From contig CM119381.1 in assembly GCA_051294905.1 (NCBI GenBank), positions 18,662,001 through 18,726,000 on the forward strand: a DNA stretch of 64,000 bases, in the 5' to 3' direction. The notes beneath the pieces are model-generated. The model made no database searches. It had not been told where the DNA came from and saw only the letters and a program-made list of their open reading frames with translations. Positions 37,175-51,600 of this stretch are shown one piece after another (within the stretch, counting starts at the first letter, position 1; each line of letters opens with the position of its first letter). Source of the DNA: Botryllus schlosseri. Taxonomy: Eukaryota. The position numbers were made by a program, and so were the translations under genes.

Positions 37175-37600
37175 CAGTGCCCCCCAACCATTTTCAGTTC
37201 GCGACCCAGTTTTCATCCAAATTTCATTGCGCGACTTACCAGACGCCCTTTCGCGAATCGTGACTAACGTTTAAGCCACTGCTCGTTGTCGCCAGTTTTT
37301 ATGTTATCAGTGCGTTACAGTTATCCGGTCGCGACTAGCGTGAACATTTTCCCGAATTCATGATGGCATTCGGTCAATGATATTGGCAATTGCGTATACT
37401 ACTATGAATTTTTGGAGACAGCCATAGTCAATGGACAGTTCGGCATATATATATACCGAAGATTTCGATCCTTTTCGGCAGAGGTTTTCTCAATGTCGAT
37501 CTTTTTCGCCAGCGCATTTGTCGCATATTGACCGAAACTCCATATTATGTCTTCGTATGTCGTGGCGCGGTAATCGCCGACACCGAAAGGCCTATTTCTA
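37175..37600. mobile_element. Diverged inverted copy of the 30984-31432 hAT MITE
   Basis: CAGTG..CAACC..TTTTCAGTTCGCG..TTTTCATCCAAATTTCATTGCGCGAC. The interior is reverse-complementary to ~31030-31430. Confidence 0.75.
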
Positions 37601-37819
37601 TAAATTATGTGTATTATTTTATTAGGGAGATGGGTACCCCTATTAAAACCAAGACATCTCACCATATCAAACCGCGTTTAATAATTCTTCAAACAAATAC
37701 GCCATAATTTATGTTCATTTATGAGATAATTTTGGCCCCTCTTCGCGCTCGATGCACCAATTGGGAGTTTAGGAATTGGGATGCGGCAGTTAAGATCCTG
37801 CATGTATGGATGAATACAG

Positions 37820-37990
37820 ACGTGAAAGGCTTATCTAGGCTCCTCGCCATCCGATCTGCTTGAGCGTTGTTTTAAAAAAAGTCCAGTAGACCGTGCTTCA
37901 AGTCGTCAGATACGGAATCATAATAAAGAATATCGGATTGGCGTGAATGAACGTTATACTACAAAAGCACCACGAATACCACAAACAACA
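37820..37990 (+). mobile_element. SINE family A copy
   Basis: GGCTTATCTAGGCTCCTCGCC..CAAGTCG..AAGAATATCGG..GGCGTGAATGA..CACCACGAATACCACAAAC. Confidence 0.6.
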
Positions 37991-38669
37991 GCAGACGAGA
38001 AGCAATTCGTCTACTACGTCGAACACAAAGTGGTTATATGAGTAGGGCTGGACACAATGTTTCGAGTACTCGAATCTGAATCGAGTATCAATTTTAATGA
38101 TTCGAGTCGAGAGTAAAAGACGCCTTTTTTGTGTACTGAAATTATACACTCCTTGCCACTGAAAGTTAATTTATCAACGAGAATTATAGTTTTGATACTA
38201 ATTTTCGCTGTTGAAGCCTTGAAACCAATGATTGGCCGTATCGTAGCATACGAAACATATAGTACATAGCTACGAACGTTGCTAGAAATAGCACATTTCC
38301 GAAGTCATGATCATCCCACAACATTGTCACCAAGTGCAATGAAATGGGTATGGTCGAAAAAATACCAAAACATCTTTAACCAGATGGATAACAGGCATTA
38401 TATTCTATGTGGCCGCATAAAAGGTACATATTTGAATGTTAGCGTCGCACATACTGGCATGACGTCATTATGAGTGATACATACTGATGATACATACAGC
38501 ATACTGATCTTAAAAACGCAATCCTTTTTTGTGTGAGGCTTAGGTCGCGAGATGCCACTAAACTCAGATTTGAGTCGCGGCCGGAAAAGTTAAATAATCA
38601 CCGACATAGAAGTTCGTTCTACGTCGAGAGCCTATTCCATGGAATAGTTCAATTTTCTAATTCTTAAAC

Positions 38670-38790
38670 CCAGGTTGGTGTATGATTTCGAAGACTACTC
38701 CAAGTCGTTTCGACACCATCTTATGTTTTCATTGTATCGCAATATTGTGTTGGATGGAATGGATGATACGTTTAATAATAAACTGAACTT
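38670..38790 (+). mobile_element. LINE 3' tail fragment
   Basis: GGTGT..GACTACTCCAAGT..TTTCGACACC..TTTTCATTGTATCGC..AATAATAAACTG, matching 3841-3976 and 30447-30580. Confidence 0.65.
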
Positions 38791-39667
38791 CAAATCTTTA
38801 CCATTCTTATTAAACACGCTGTCACTTTGAAATGATGGTGTGCTTAGTGCTTGTAATATACATTCGCGTCATGTGATGTCGGCTTACATCTGCGCTAACT
38901 AAACAATTAGTGTTCAAGTTCTGGATCGAGCACATCAAAGCATCATTTGTTATTGCCACGTAACGCCCGTTCTACATATTACGGGCAACGCCCCTAAATC
39001 TAGCGCCTAATGTGACGCGTTGTCATCAATCATGAATTCAAATTCCCGTGATATATGGCTTTTGGTTAGTTGATTTACACATTCGTTGCATTACTGTTGA
39101 TGGTTAGTTACAAATTTTCCTCGCATTGCATGATTACACGCCAGGATCGGTAAGAAAATTGCATAAGACTTATTGCTGTGTCATCTGTTATGGCATTTTG
39201 AGCCCTGTACTATACCTAATATATTGCTCGGCTGCACTCGGTTTGTTGATTTCTTGCATAAACCCTTTTTCCCGCGGCTACGCCACAGGGAGTACTAAGA
39301 CAACCTGCTGCTGCTGATAACTATAATCGAGCAGCAGGAAGTCATAGAGACTCACGAGAATGATGGAATTCTAAATTAATTGTTGCTCTCATGCCAGCTA
39401 AAGACAACGTAGAAGAATCGAACCTTCGACATTGTAAAGTTTGGCCTCGTCATTTGATCATATATTGCGGTTACAGAATAATTGTTTTGGCTCGAGAATT
39501 ATTCACGCCATTACAAGCTTTCCTAAGCATTGCATCGTTCAGGCCCTGTCTTTTCGTACGGATGAAGGTCTACTAGAATTATTCCACGATTAATATTATT
39601 GGCGAAGGGTAGAAAACTTAATCTTCATTGCAGGAAAACAATAATTCTATGCAAGTCTTCGGCTATC

Positions 39668-42600
39668 ATGCTGCGATTCAGAGGAAGACATATCAAGAGC
39701 ACATTATCAACGAAATTATTTCATCGTCAAAGATTTGAATCCCGGCCTCAGTTATCTGCGTGTAGAGCCTTGTCAGTTTCAGCCACCCGCTTGACTGAAA
39801 GAAATGGATCGAAGTGCCAAGATCGCACCGTGCCGACAGAGGCGGATGTCGTGGTTATTGGGGGCGGAATGGTTGGGTGTAGCACTACTTATCATTTGGC
39901 CAAGATGACGGGCGGACACATTGTACAGTTGGAGAGAGACAAGTTGACGTCCGGCACTACTTGGCATACAGCAGGTGTGATCCGACTATTCATAGTCTTA
40001 CTCTGGACCCATTATACAACTTATACACCATGGCATATCCCAGATATAATAGACATAAACTGGTTGAAAGGTTATTTCTATTTGCATGCATATGCGGTCA
40101 ACGGCGACGCAAGTTCTTCACGCAAGATGGCCAAATTGGCCATGCAATATACATACTTTTGGGATATGATACTTAGCGCAGTGGCGATCGACTTCAACAA
40201 GCATAATAATCAATAGCCATAACCACTAACCAGTTGTTATATTTACATCCGTTCAAGACACATAATAATTAGCCCTGCGATACGCAAGAGACAACGCTAC
40301 GTCCAATGTGTTATTGCCTGTCGATTTTCAAATGCTGTTCAACAGGAGGACCCTGTATTCACTATCATGCTACGACGATATTTCTTTAGCAGCGCCAGAT
40401 ATGAATAGGAAATCGACCAAGCGTTCTGTGAAAATTCGTGGCTTCGCTTGGTTGTCAAAGGCTTAAGCCCACAGGCACACATATAAGCGCTATCGTCCGA
40501 CTCGCGATAATTTAGTAGCGATTAGATTTCAAAGTTTCCACACAATATCACACATTGCGGCATTGATCCATAAGAAATAATTGTTTATTTGCTTATTAAA
40601 GAATCGAGGACATTCTGGGTAAGTCTCAGATTTTGGTCTGTGCTATCGTTTTCTGAACGGCCAAAGTATATCAGATGTTAACAGTATTCAGGACTTATAC
40701 GACCGAAGATCATAACCTACAGCCCACGGAATCTGATGTAGTGTTTACCGTAACCAGAAATTAGTTAGTAGCTTGTCATAGCTCACCAATACATACCCGG
40801 AAATTGCACTGCGTCGGGATGCCAAAACACTGAGACTAACGATTAAGTTTTATACAGCGAGGACGGCTGTGCCTGCTTGTTTTCGAGACTCCCTGTTTCG
40901 TGTTGTCATAAGCATTTCCATGTTGCGCTATTCCCATTACAGTCACAGCGTTTTTGTATCAGTCGCTCCACATCGACGCAAAATGGGTTTCAAATTATAC
41001 TATCGGATACATTTGATCAAAGAAAGCTCACATGGGCCAAAACCATGGAATTCGGTACCAACTAACTGGGCAGTGTTTTATCGCCAGGGCTTTTGTGGCG
41101 TCTCCGTCCGCACGACACGGAAATTGAAATCATCCAACATACGAGAGAGCTCATGACGAAGGTACTGCACGAAGAAACGGGTCTGGAAACAGGATGGGTA
41201 CCTACTGGCGGTATGTTCATCGCGGCTAACAAGGAAAGATTGGACGAATACCAAATCATGAGCACGGTATGTATGCGTCTCGATCGTGATTATTGATAGA
41301 ATTAAAAGAGTCGAGGGAAACTCTCTCTGAAGCCGAAAAACTATTTAGATTTCAGACGCTTTCTGGCGCTATTGAGTTACTAAAAGTGAAAGTAAATATT
41401 GACCCGATACACGCCCGACATTGTTGATTACTTTGAGCCCAAGCCATACCACAATACACCCCTACTTCGACCTCTGTCGCACTCTGCCTAAGTTAATTAT
41501 TGACTGTAATAATTGTAACTGTAACATGGTCAAGTGTGCTACTATTTACACCAGTGGTTCCCAACGTGGGCGATATCGCCCCCAGGGGGCGATTTGGCGG
41601 TCTAGGGGGGCGAAAATAACGAAAGGGGCGATTGCGCGGTAAAACGGCTATATTGGAGTCAGGACCGTAACTGCCGCACCCCAAACCCCCAATTGGGGGC
41701 CGAACTCGGAAGGACCCAAAATTATTTCGTGAATTAACATAAATTATGGAGTAATTTTTTAGAAATTCCCGCAACTTTTTCAAAAATTTTTCGCGCTGCG
41801 CGTGATTTCATACTGTAATATTTCTTCATTTTGGGGTACCCTTTCCCAACAAAAATACGCATGGTTTATGAAAATGGAGACTTCGGCGTCGGCCATTACT
41901 GCGCCACGACGCAACAATACATATGAAGATATAGGTCATGTAACACGAGACTCCGAGAAGTGTGCCAGAACGATCAGCAGCGAGAAGACCTTGGCCTTGT
42001 GCTGACCGAAAACGTCGATATATATACATATACGTTTAATTGTCCATAGGCGCCTCAATGGCTGGCGTAGAATATTCCTATCCTTACGAGCTGAACCCGT
42101 CAGGACAAATGCCACCCCGCAGGGAAAAAAATTATATGCCACTAAAGAAATACCAATTTGAAACAATGTGTGTCTTTCAGTTTGGTACATTTTGGCGATT
42201 TCCATATCTTTTGACATAGCAGATATAGGTGGTCACGAAATAGCATCATGTAACGAATTCAATATAACAACGGGTCCGCCCGAAGATGTTTAATTATTAT
42301 TTAGTACATGAAATAGGGTATAGCTGATATGTAACGGCAAAATGTCCACTGGTTGAGGGGGGTCTGGGGTTTGGTTTATCATCCTTTTGGGGCCCAAGAC
42401 CAACGTGTTTTTAGGGGACTGACGAATTGCTGTTACGGTCCTGATGGGAGTCAAGTCGGAGGAATGACCTTTTTTTAGTCAACTCACGAAAATTTAGCTG
42501 TAATAGTGTAATTTCGCGATCGAACCGAAAAGTTGAGCTTTTTTCTCATTAGTCAACTCGCCGGTGACCCAGTTTGTATGCAGATTTTTCGGTTTCTAAT

Positions 42601-45600
42601 ATTTGGGGGGCGATGATCGGTGTGGAGCTTCAAAAGGGGGCGATGAGACGAAAAAGGTTGGGAACCACTGATTTACACCTATTGCGTTCTCTACTATTCT
42701 AGCTTTATCTTTCAAATATTCATCGGGAACGCAATAGTGTCTGGGTTTTACGTATGACTTTTCTTGTAGCTCGGCGAAGCATTCGGAATCGAGTCCCAAG
42801 TCCTGGGTCCTGAAGACTCTCGTAAAGTCCATCCACTTTTAAATACGTCGGATCTCTACGGGACGTTATACAGTCCTTTGGACGGTACGATAGATCCGTC
42901 GGGGGCTTGCACCACGTTAACTCGGGCAGCGGCAAAGTACGGTGCCAAGGTACGTACGCGGAACGATGCCCTTTCCAGGAATAGAATAGACTTGATTTGG
43001 AGGATTCCGAGATTATCTTGATTCAGACAGTGGTGGTCACTGGTCAGTACCGAGCTGATTATACTTTTTCAGAGTACACGAGAGTCACATTACTTACTCA
43101 AGCTGTAATATCTTAGACTACTTGTACTTGAACTGGTCTTTTATGCAAAACTTCTTATTTGAAAGTAGTTTTACGACAAGACTGCATTACTTTTATGATG
43201 AAATTGTCGTACAAATCGAGTGAAATAGCCACTGCATCATGGTAACTAAATACGTGTTTGGGGATTTCCAAGGTTATAACCGAGTCCCAAGTCAATCTCA
43301 CTTTTATTGTTTTGACTCAAGTCAAGTCGAATCACTTTCAATTCACCACCGAATCAAGTCCTAGTCCAAGTCATTGGGCCCACTGTTCAGTTTTGAGTTC
43401 ATTCCGGTTCAATCCACTTTATTCAACTCTGCTCGAGGGATATAGAATGGCTCGCATTCATATTTTCGCCGTTTTCCTCGGGTTTCGGTCCTATTTTCCA
43501 AGTATCAGGACTGATAGACGTAATACCAATAATGAGGTTTGTTTGTTTGTTTTTGAGGTATTCATGGTGTTTGTCGACTACTATGGTCATTTACACCAGG
43601 CCGATATACTTCTTATAATGAGGTGACTTTACTATTCGAAGTTACAATTAAAATGTCTGTCATGGCCGTCCTAGTCTTGAGTCACATGACATGGCACAAG
43701 ATTCGAGTACAAGTCGTGTCAATACACACATTTGACGCATTTGACAAAATGACTCGAGACAAGACGAGTTATTTAAAAATCGTGACTCGAGTCATTAGGC
43801 TACAACTCTGGGGATTTCACTTATTCGTAGTGTTTTAGTCATTTTATGTGAATAATCTCTCAATTTCGTAACTAATAGCCCTTAGCTATGTCCGATATCA
43901 TGAGTACTTTCAAGACCTTCCATTCTCTACTTTCACGTGAAATATACTATAGTCATGCAAATACTATATACTATACTCTGTCATGCAAATCGCTATATCT
44001 ACTTGTAATTGACCAGAAATTCATATCTTGCGTATACTTCTACTTGAGTATAGCAACGCGGACTACACTTTGACCGCTTCTCGATTCAGACAATCGAACA
44101 TTGCCAAGTAATCGATATCGAAACTGGCGAAGACGCGATGGGCACGAGACGGGTGCAGTCCGTCAACACAAATCTTGGCAAGATCAAGACCAACATCGTG
44201 GTAAACTGCACCGGCGTGTGGGCTCCAGCTATTGGAAAGGTATAATATAAAACACCTCTGCGTAGGGAAATAAGGGAGTTGTCTGCGTTGGAGTGACTCG
44301 GTCACGTTACGAAATGACCGAATGACTCTACCGAGGGGAATTGAAACAGACTACAAATACTGTATAACGAAAATTATAAGTCATTATCAAACTATGACTG
44401 ACTTCGACAGGACTAAATCCCATCGAGACTCACGCCCCATCGCTTCAGTGGGGGTAAATATAGGTGTATTTGACGGATTTCCACCACCATGGGTAGGGTG
44501 CGAAATTGGGCCATAGTCGATGCATCGGAACTTTCTGGTATCAAGTTTAGCTTTCAAACCCATTTCAATGGGCGAATACGATTCACATATGCCAGCCATT
44601 ATGGAGATCCACCCCATGGTACAATGGTATTGATTATATGTACCGCGTACCGTACGCGTACATTATTGGGGTGCTGGTAGAGGGAAATATAACCTATACT
44701 CCACCACATCATTATATCTACACAAGTGTCTGCTAAAATTTGACTCGCTTTCACCCATTGGAATGGAAGGTGCTGTTTACCTGATTTTCACCCGACGACA
44801 CGGTGCATATCAGAGAAACACTCGATTTTCGTACTCAGTTTTCCACTGTTCGCTTGGCTCACTACAAAGAACACAGTTGTCACCTTATGAAGTACGTACC
44901 TCCAAACAGACTGACATTTCCGAATGATCCGGGTTGAATCATATTTTCGAAATCCGAATTGACCCCGCACGGTGTTGATGTCGAAGTCATTAGGGACGCC
45001 CCTTGGGCGGTTGCTCCAAACTGCGGATATTTAGAAGTAAAGACTTCTATATCATTATTCCTACACATGCTTATCTCACCAAACAATCTCGTGCACCACA
45101 TGTAAAGTCTGCAGTGAGTGAGTAACTGGCTCATTTCCGTGATCAAATGACAAGTATTGCATATCGAATCGGAGCAATAAAGGACAATAGATCTCCAGAT
45201 ATCCCTGTTTCAAATCATTCCCATCGAACCATATATTCCGAATCATTTCCAGATGGTAGGCGTGAAAGTGCCTCAAGTGGCTTACAAGCACGCCTACGTC
45301 GTTACGGAGGCGATAGAAGGCATCAAGACATGTCCAAACGTACGCGACCACGACGGGTCGGTGTATCTCAAGCGACAAGGCGACACGATACAAGTGGGCG
45401 GATACGAACCGAATCCAATACCATGGGAGAAAGTATAAAATAATATTTTTCGGTCCTTGTGGTGGTTTTATTGTGTACATAACAGGTCGAAAGCAATTTC
45501 GCGTTCGGCTTGTTCGATCTCGATTGGGATGTGTTCGGGCAGCATTTAGAAGCGGCGTGCCGAAGAATCCCATCCATTGAACAAACCGGCATCCGTTCCA

Positions 45601-48600
45601 CCGTGTGCGGGCCTGGTATATGACAATATTTTGTCTGAGAAACGCAGTTGTGCCATTGAGGCGATATTTTAAAGAGTCGTTTACTGCCGACGGGTATCCG
45701 CTGCTTGGCGAGGCTCCTGAACTGAGAGGTTTCTATCACGGGAGCGCGTTCAACAGCGGCGGGATGATGATGGGGGGAGGGGCCGGCAAACAGCTTGCTC
45801 ATTGGATTATCGACGGGCGACCGCAGATTGACATGTTTTCGATGGACATTAGGTATACGCGATTCAATCGCGACTCTTTCAGCGTAGTCTGTAAAATAGG
45901 GGTGTGCGTCTTAGCTTGGGTCCTACCGCACAAGGGCGACGCGGATTTTGAATGGGCGTAAAAATTCAGGGGGCGCTATTGGGAACTCGGGAGCTAGAGA
46001 TTTTTATGCACTGAGCTGTTTTGTTTGAAGCAAAACTGAGTGAGGAATTAACTCAATCTCTCGATGAAAAATGAAATGGAAATGTATTTTTAAGGTCTGC
46101 CGCGCTTTTGATAAAGTTCCTAATGACAATACGACACAGCTCAGAAACCGAGACAACTCCACCGCATCATTCATCATCTTAGTAAAGCCGTTATAACATG
46201 GAGGCGCTAGACCATTAAAATAATTGAAAAGGGACACTGGGTCAGGGGAGGTTGTGAACCTTGATTTTGTATTTAAATCATTGTGACATCGATTTTACCA
46301 TTCCTTTTGTTGGATCTGCGTCACGTATGTTACCTGACCCGACATGGCCTACTAATGGGGAGGGGATAATAGAATCAAATCATACTAGAATATTCAGGTC
46401 CGAATCGCATCGGAACACAACATTGTCATTAATCTTGGAACCGAAATTTAATACTAGTATAGTCATCAATCAAAACCGGTCCTTCCAAAGAAAAAAAATA
46501 CAGGTTACGCGCAATGTCATTATTCGAAATTGGAAAAAGGCTGATTCGTAACTTACGTCGACAGCAATGCTTCGAACGTAGTTCGAGTCTGGCATTCTAC
46601 GACTCATGGTAGAACAATGCACACTATTGGGGTAAACGGTGGATCATATTCGTACAAAGTATAGATAGTGAAATCTAATAGTTACTACCAAATCTATCAC
46701 AATTCCTTCCTATATAGTACTTATGGTTATAATAACATATCTTCATACTCTTAAGGCGTTTCCCAACTAATCTTCACAATGAGAAGACATGGCTCACAGA
46801 GCGATCCCACGAAACATACGCAAAACACTACAGCATCGCTTTCCATCACGACCAGCCGCTCGCCGGGCGGAACCAGCGCTACGACCCACTGCACGAGGTA
46901 GGAATCCGTCAGACGAGAAGACCTTTGGAAATGGATTTGTAACAATATTCGTGATTTTGCCACCGGAAAAGCACATGATTCAGGTCCCTCCGTTAGAATA
47001 TGACCCTGACATCAGATTTCACTTTAGCGAGGTAAGCGGTGTTTGACAAAAGCCTAGAACGAAAATGGGTCGTGCTACAAGTCGGCAGATCAGGAATGAT
47101 ATGCGAATGAATATTGGACTGATGTAAATGAAGATAGTAGTCCAAAACACCATGAATAACGAAACAAAAACAACTTAAGCGAGGTCACGAATAGAAACAT
47201 TGCGACCTCAGAACCAGCCTGAATTCTCGTGGCCGCGGCATTTGATAGGCGCCGTGCGTATGTGACCTGAGCTTCGGTGGCTATTTGCATACCATAATGC
47301 AAGGACGAATGTAAACAAGTCACCGAAACAAGTCTTCGGTAGCGTACGGCTCAAAAACTAAAAGCTCTCGCCCGTTTCAGGAGCTGCTGAATCGCGGCTG
47401 TTTCTACGAGGAAAGGCATGGCTGGGAGAGGCCGGCTTACTTCACGCGCACCTCGAGTCCCTCGCTTGCGATGAAGAGCTACGACTACTACGGCCATTAC
47501 GGTCACTCCAAGCACGATAATTTCGAATACAGCGAACAGCTCAAGCGCGACTACACGTTTGAATTTCCCGGAGAAGTACACAAGCAGGTATTTAGCACTA
47601 GCTACTAATTTTTTCTTCTGGATGCGCTCGACTCTACAATCTACATCTTGTAACTGAGTTTCCGACCATGGCGCACCGACATTCCCGGCGGATCGATAAA
47701 GGAAACGACTGATGTTGTAAAAATATGTTGACAGTAAATCACTTCATCTTGTCATCAAAAAAGCACCGCAATCGCATCCCATCACGCTTACCCTTGCAAA
47801 TTATTTGCTTTTGCTTCATGTATTAGCGGCGGTCATTTCGAGCCCTTGGCCATTACCAAATCATGATAATTTTATCTTACACCAATAGGCACAAATGGGT
47901 GGAATTGAAATATTGGTTGTTCAGTCCAATTTCGATCCTGTGTGAATGCTTCTGAGGTGGACTTCGACGTAATTATAGTTTTTGGGAGTAATGAAATAGG
48001 TTTTGCCCACTGGCATCACTGACTCAAGAGGTTATGCTTTTAGACGACTACAATTTTTAGTTTGAAAACAAAACTAGGCCTATAGAATACTCACTTTTCA
48101 CTTGAAACTCGTTACTTCTAATTCTACTAGACTGGAGTACCAATGTCTCGCTATTGTTGATCCACCATCAGTAATATTTTAATAACGCGCACGCTTCAAT
48201 TTAATTTTCTCGCACTCAGCTCGGCCGGGAAAGTCTCACGTGTCGCACGTCCGGGGCCATCTTCAATACATCGTACATGGGAAAGATTTTCCTTTCTGGA
48301 GCCAACGCGTCGCGCGTGGCGAGAAGAATATTCAGTCGAGACGTCACCAGACGACAGGACAAATGCACTTACACTCTCATGCTGAACGAGCACGGCGGCA
48401 TTGAAGCTGATCTCGTTGTAGCGACTTTGAAGGATTTAAATGAAAGTGAGTAGTGGTTCACAGGGTTAATTGTTGCCGAGTCACAAGGTTCCGAGTGACC
48501 AGTCAATATTACTTTAAAAGTCAAGTCAAGTCGTTTTCAAGTCGCAAACGAGTCAAGTCCGAGACCAAAGACTCGAGTCCGAATCCAAGTCAATGTGTTC

Positions 48601-51600
48601 ACTGAACTTGACTTCAACTCACATTTTTGAAACTCTTGAGTGATATCGAATGTCTCGCATTCATATTCATACCCATTTATCACTCTTAACATGTTTTATC
48701 AACCTGATAAAAGACAGTTTCAGGGTCTATTTTCAAGTATCGGTCCCGATAGACGAAGCTTGAAGCAGATCATATAGAATGTCTCGAGTCATGGGCAATG
48801 ACTCGTGTACAAGTCGAGTCAATACACAAAAGTGACTCGAGTCGAGTCATTTTCCATTTTGAAGACGAATCGAGTAATTACAACCCAGGTGATCAACCAG
48901 CGCAAGGACTCGGGAGGAAAAAGATAATCGTCACATAGCGTGTAATGCTGAGCATGCTGGCAATGTGGAAAAGGTGAAAGGCCCACGAAGCAGAGATGGT
49001 CAATGTAGCAGCGTTGCTACTTGAGTAGAAGTAGAATTGACGTCGTAACTTTTCACTCAAGTACAAGCTGAAATAGCGATTTCGAATCATATCAAAACCA
49101 CTTCGAGTGAAAATATAGAAAATAGAAAAGTCCGACAAATACTCCAGTTAGTAGTTGCGAAGAGTACATTTGGTCGCCTGCTTTTTTGCAGTTTATTGAA
49201 TGTGGCTTTCGAACATGCAAAACCAATCCTAACCGCGCGCACGAACTCCGTGCTCTCTTGGCAGACCCTGTATATTACCTAACGGTCGGCGGAGCCACTA
49301 CCGAGTATTGTAAATTTCACATCAGGAAGATCATGCAGGATGACGGATTTGAGTGCGATTTCGAAGACAAAACCGACGAGATGGGGATCATCAGTGTGCA
49401 GGGAATCAACAGGTATCCCATATTGACGCTCTCCTGAGACTTTGTCGATGCTCGCTCGCAGAAAATACGCCGTGAAATCTCTATTGCAGGGGTTCTTAAT
49501 CTTTACTATCTTGTCGAACCCTTACGATCATTTGCAAGCCTTCGTACTATAGAATACTGATGCACGAAATGAAATGTGCACCAATAATGCTGTAAAAATA
49601 ACAAAATCATTAAAATATGATTTTCATACAAAACAAAATGTTATGAATATTTTCTGCAAATCAGTATGACTGATGCTGTATCAGTCGTGCGTGTGTCTTA
49701 AATGTGAACCCCGGTTAAGAACGATTGTTCTGCTGCCTGGCGCAAGTTCCTGATCCAAGACCCAACTTTTGATCACGCGCTGAACTCCAGCCTCAATTTG
49801 TTTGTTAAATAAGCCGCGAAACCCATACTGACTAGCGCACTGATCCTGTTCCTGATCCGAGATCCAACTTTTGAACGCCGGCTGAACTTAATCCTCAGTT
49901 TGTGTCATAAAACCCGCCGGAAGACATGTACTGTATTTTTTTCAGCCGGCGACTTTTACGCTTTATCATGGACGACGACCCGTCCGTAGTCGACGGCATG
50001 AAGTTCAGCACTTGGAGAAATATTACAATATCCGGAAAGCCCGCGATATTGATGAGGTAGGCTCATAGGTATAGTCTTTACTGGAGTACTTCTAATTGTT
50101 TGAAGTACTACAGTAGATTTTGCTTGCTTGTTCTACTTACTAAGTATGGTTATGATTTAAACCGTTTTCATTCTTCTATAGGCAAAACTAGGCCTAGATT
50201 CCATACTTTGTACTTACTAGGACCTTGCTGCGTCTACTCGTACTTGAGTACCAATGATGTCTACTATTTCCACCACCTTTTGATAACGAATAATCGGCTG
50301 GAGCGCGGAACCCCTGACACGGCGTCGGTCGACACCGTGAAAATTGCCTTTGTCGCTGCTAGAACCCCTCAAATCCATCCTGGCTTCGCATGCCGTGCGT
50401 ACTAATTTGGCCACTGTCTCGCAGGTTATCGTTTGTGGGCGAGCTCGGTTTTGAGCTGCATTGCTCCAACGAGCACCTTCTTGCCATTTACCAAAAGCTG
50501 CGCGAGAAGTCGGAATCTCTGGGATTTTGCGATTCGGGCTACAGGGCGATGGAATCCCTCAGCACGGAAATAGGTGGGTGTCTCAACGATATACTTCACG
50601 CGACAGACTTGTACAAACTACTGGAGTTCCAAAATGCACGACTAGAACTAGAACTACTTATTGTTTTAAACTCGCAACTAGAACTAGAACTAGAACTACT
50701 CAATTTTCAAAATCCGCAACCAGAACTAGCAGTAGATCTAGTCAATTTCAAATTCCGCAACTAAAACTAAAACTAGAACTACTCAAAAAATCGTTAGTTA
50801 GTGGAATGTCAACTAACTAAATCGGTAGTTTGTACATGTGCAAGTCTGTCACGTGAAGTTTTTTCAACGCCGTGCCTGTGTTTTCTTGAAATGTTTTGAA
50901 ATAGCACAATCAGTAAATATTTGATAAGAGAGGCTGTTAAAAGTTATTATAATCTTTATCAATATTATTGTGTATTAGAGTGATCTTTATAGCTATTTTT
51001 GACCTTTTGTAGCCTGGAGAGTTCTCACTGACTGCAACTTACGGTCGCTTCACACCGCTAAATGGCGCACGTCAGTAGAATACACATTCCATACACAAGT
51101 TGCGCAACACGCATGTCAATGTTCAACGCATGTCAAGGGTTCTATACCAATACCGAGAAAACCATTAGCGAGAATGGACATAACCGAGAATGCCATTACC
51201 GAGACTGGACATTGCCGAGAATAGACATTACCGTGAATGGTCATTACCGAGAATGGCCACCACCGAGAATGGACACCACTGAGAATGGACATTGCCGAGA
51301 ATGGCCAATGCCAAGAATCTATGACTTACTTAGACGGCGTTGTCGAGAAATTTATATCTGAGAATCGACACCGAATGTGGCAAAGCCGTGATGCACATAC
51401 ATACGACCTGTACATATGCATAACATTCCTGCATTGCATACATTGCATTCTCGGTAATGTTCATTCTCGGTGGTGTCCATTTTCAGTAATTTCCATTCTT
51501 TGTGGTGTCCATTCTCGGGAATGTCCATTTTCGGTAACGGCTTTCTCAGTATTGACTGGACACTGTCAACAAGCGGTTCGAGGTGAACTATAGAGAATTC

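Noticed and set aside
51165-51310. 15-bp direct repeat array as a CRISPR-like locus
   Set aside because: There are no unique spacers, the array is mirrored by an inverted array, there are no cas genes, and the context is a eukaryotic intron.
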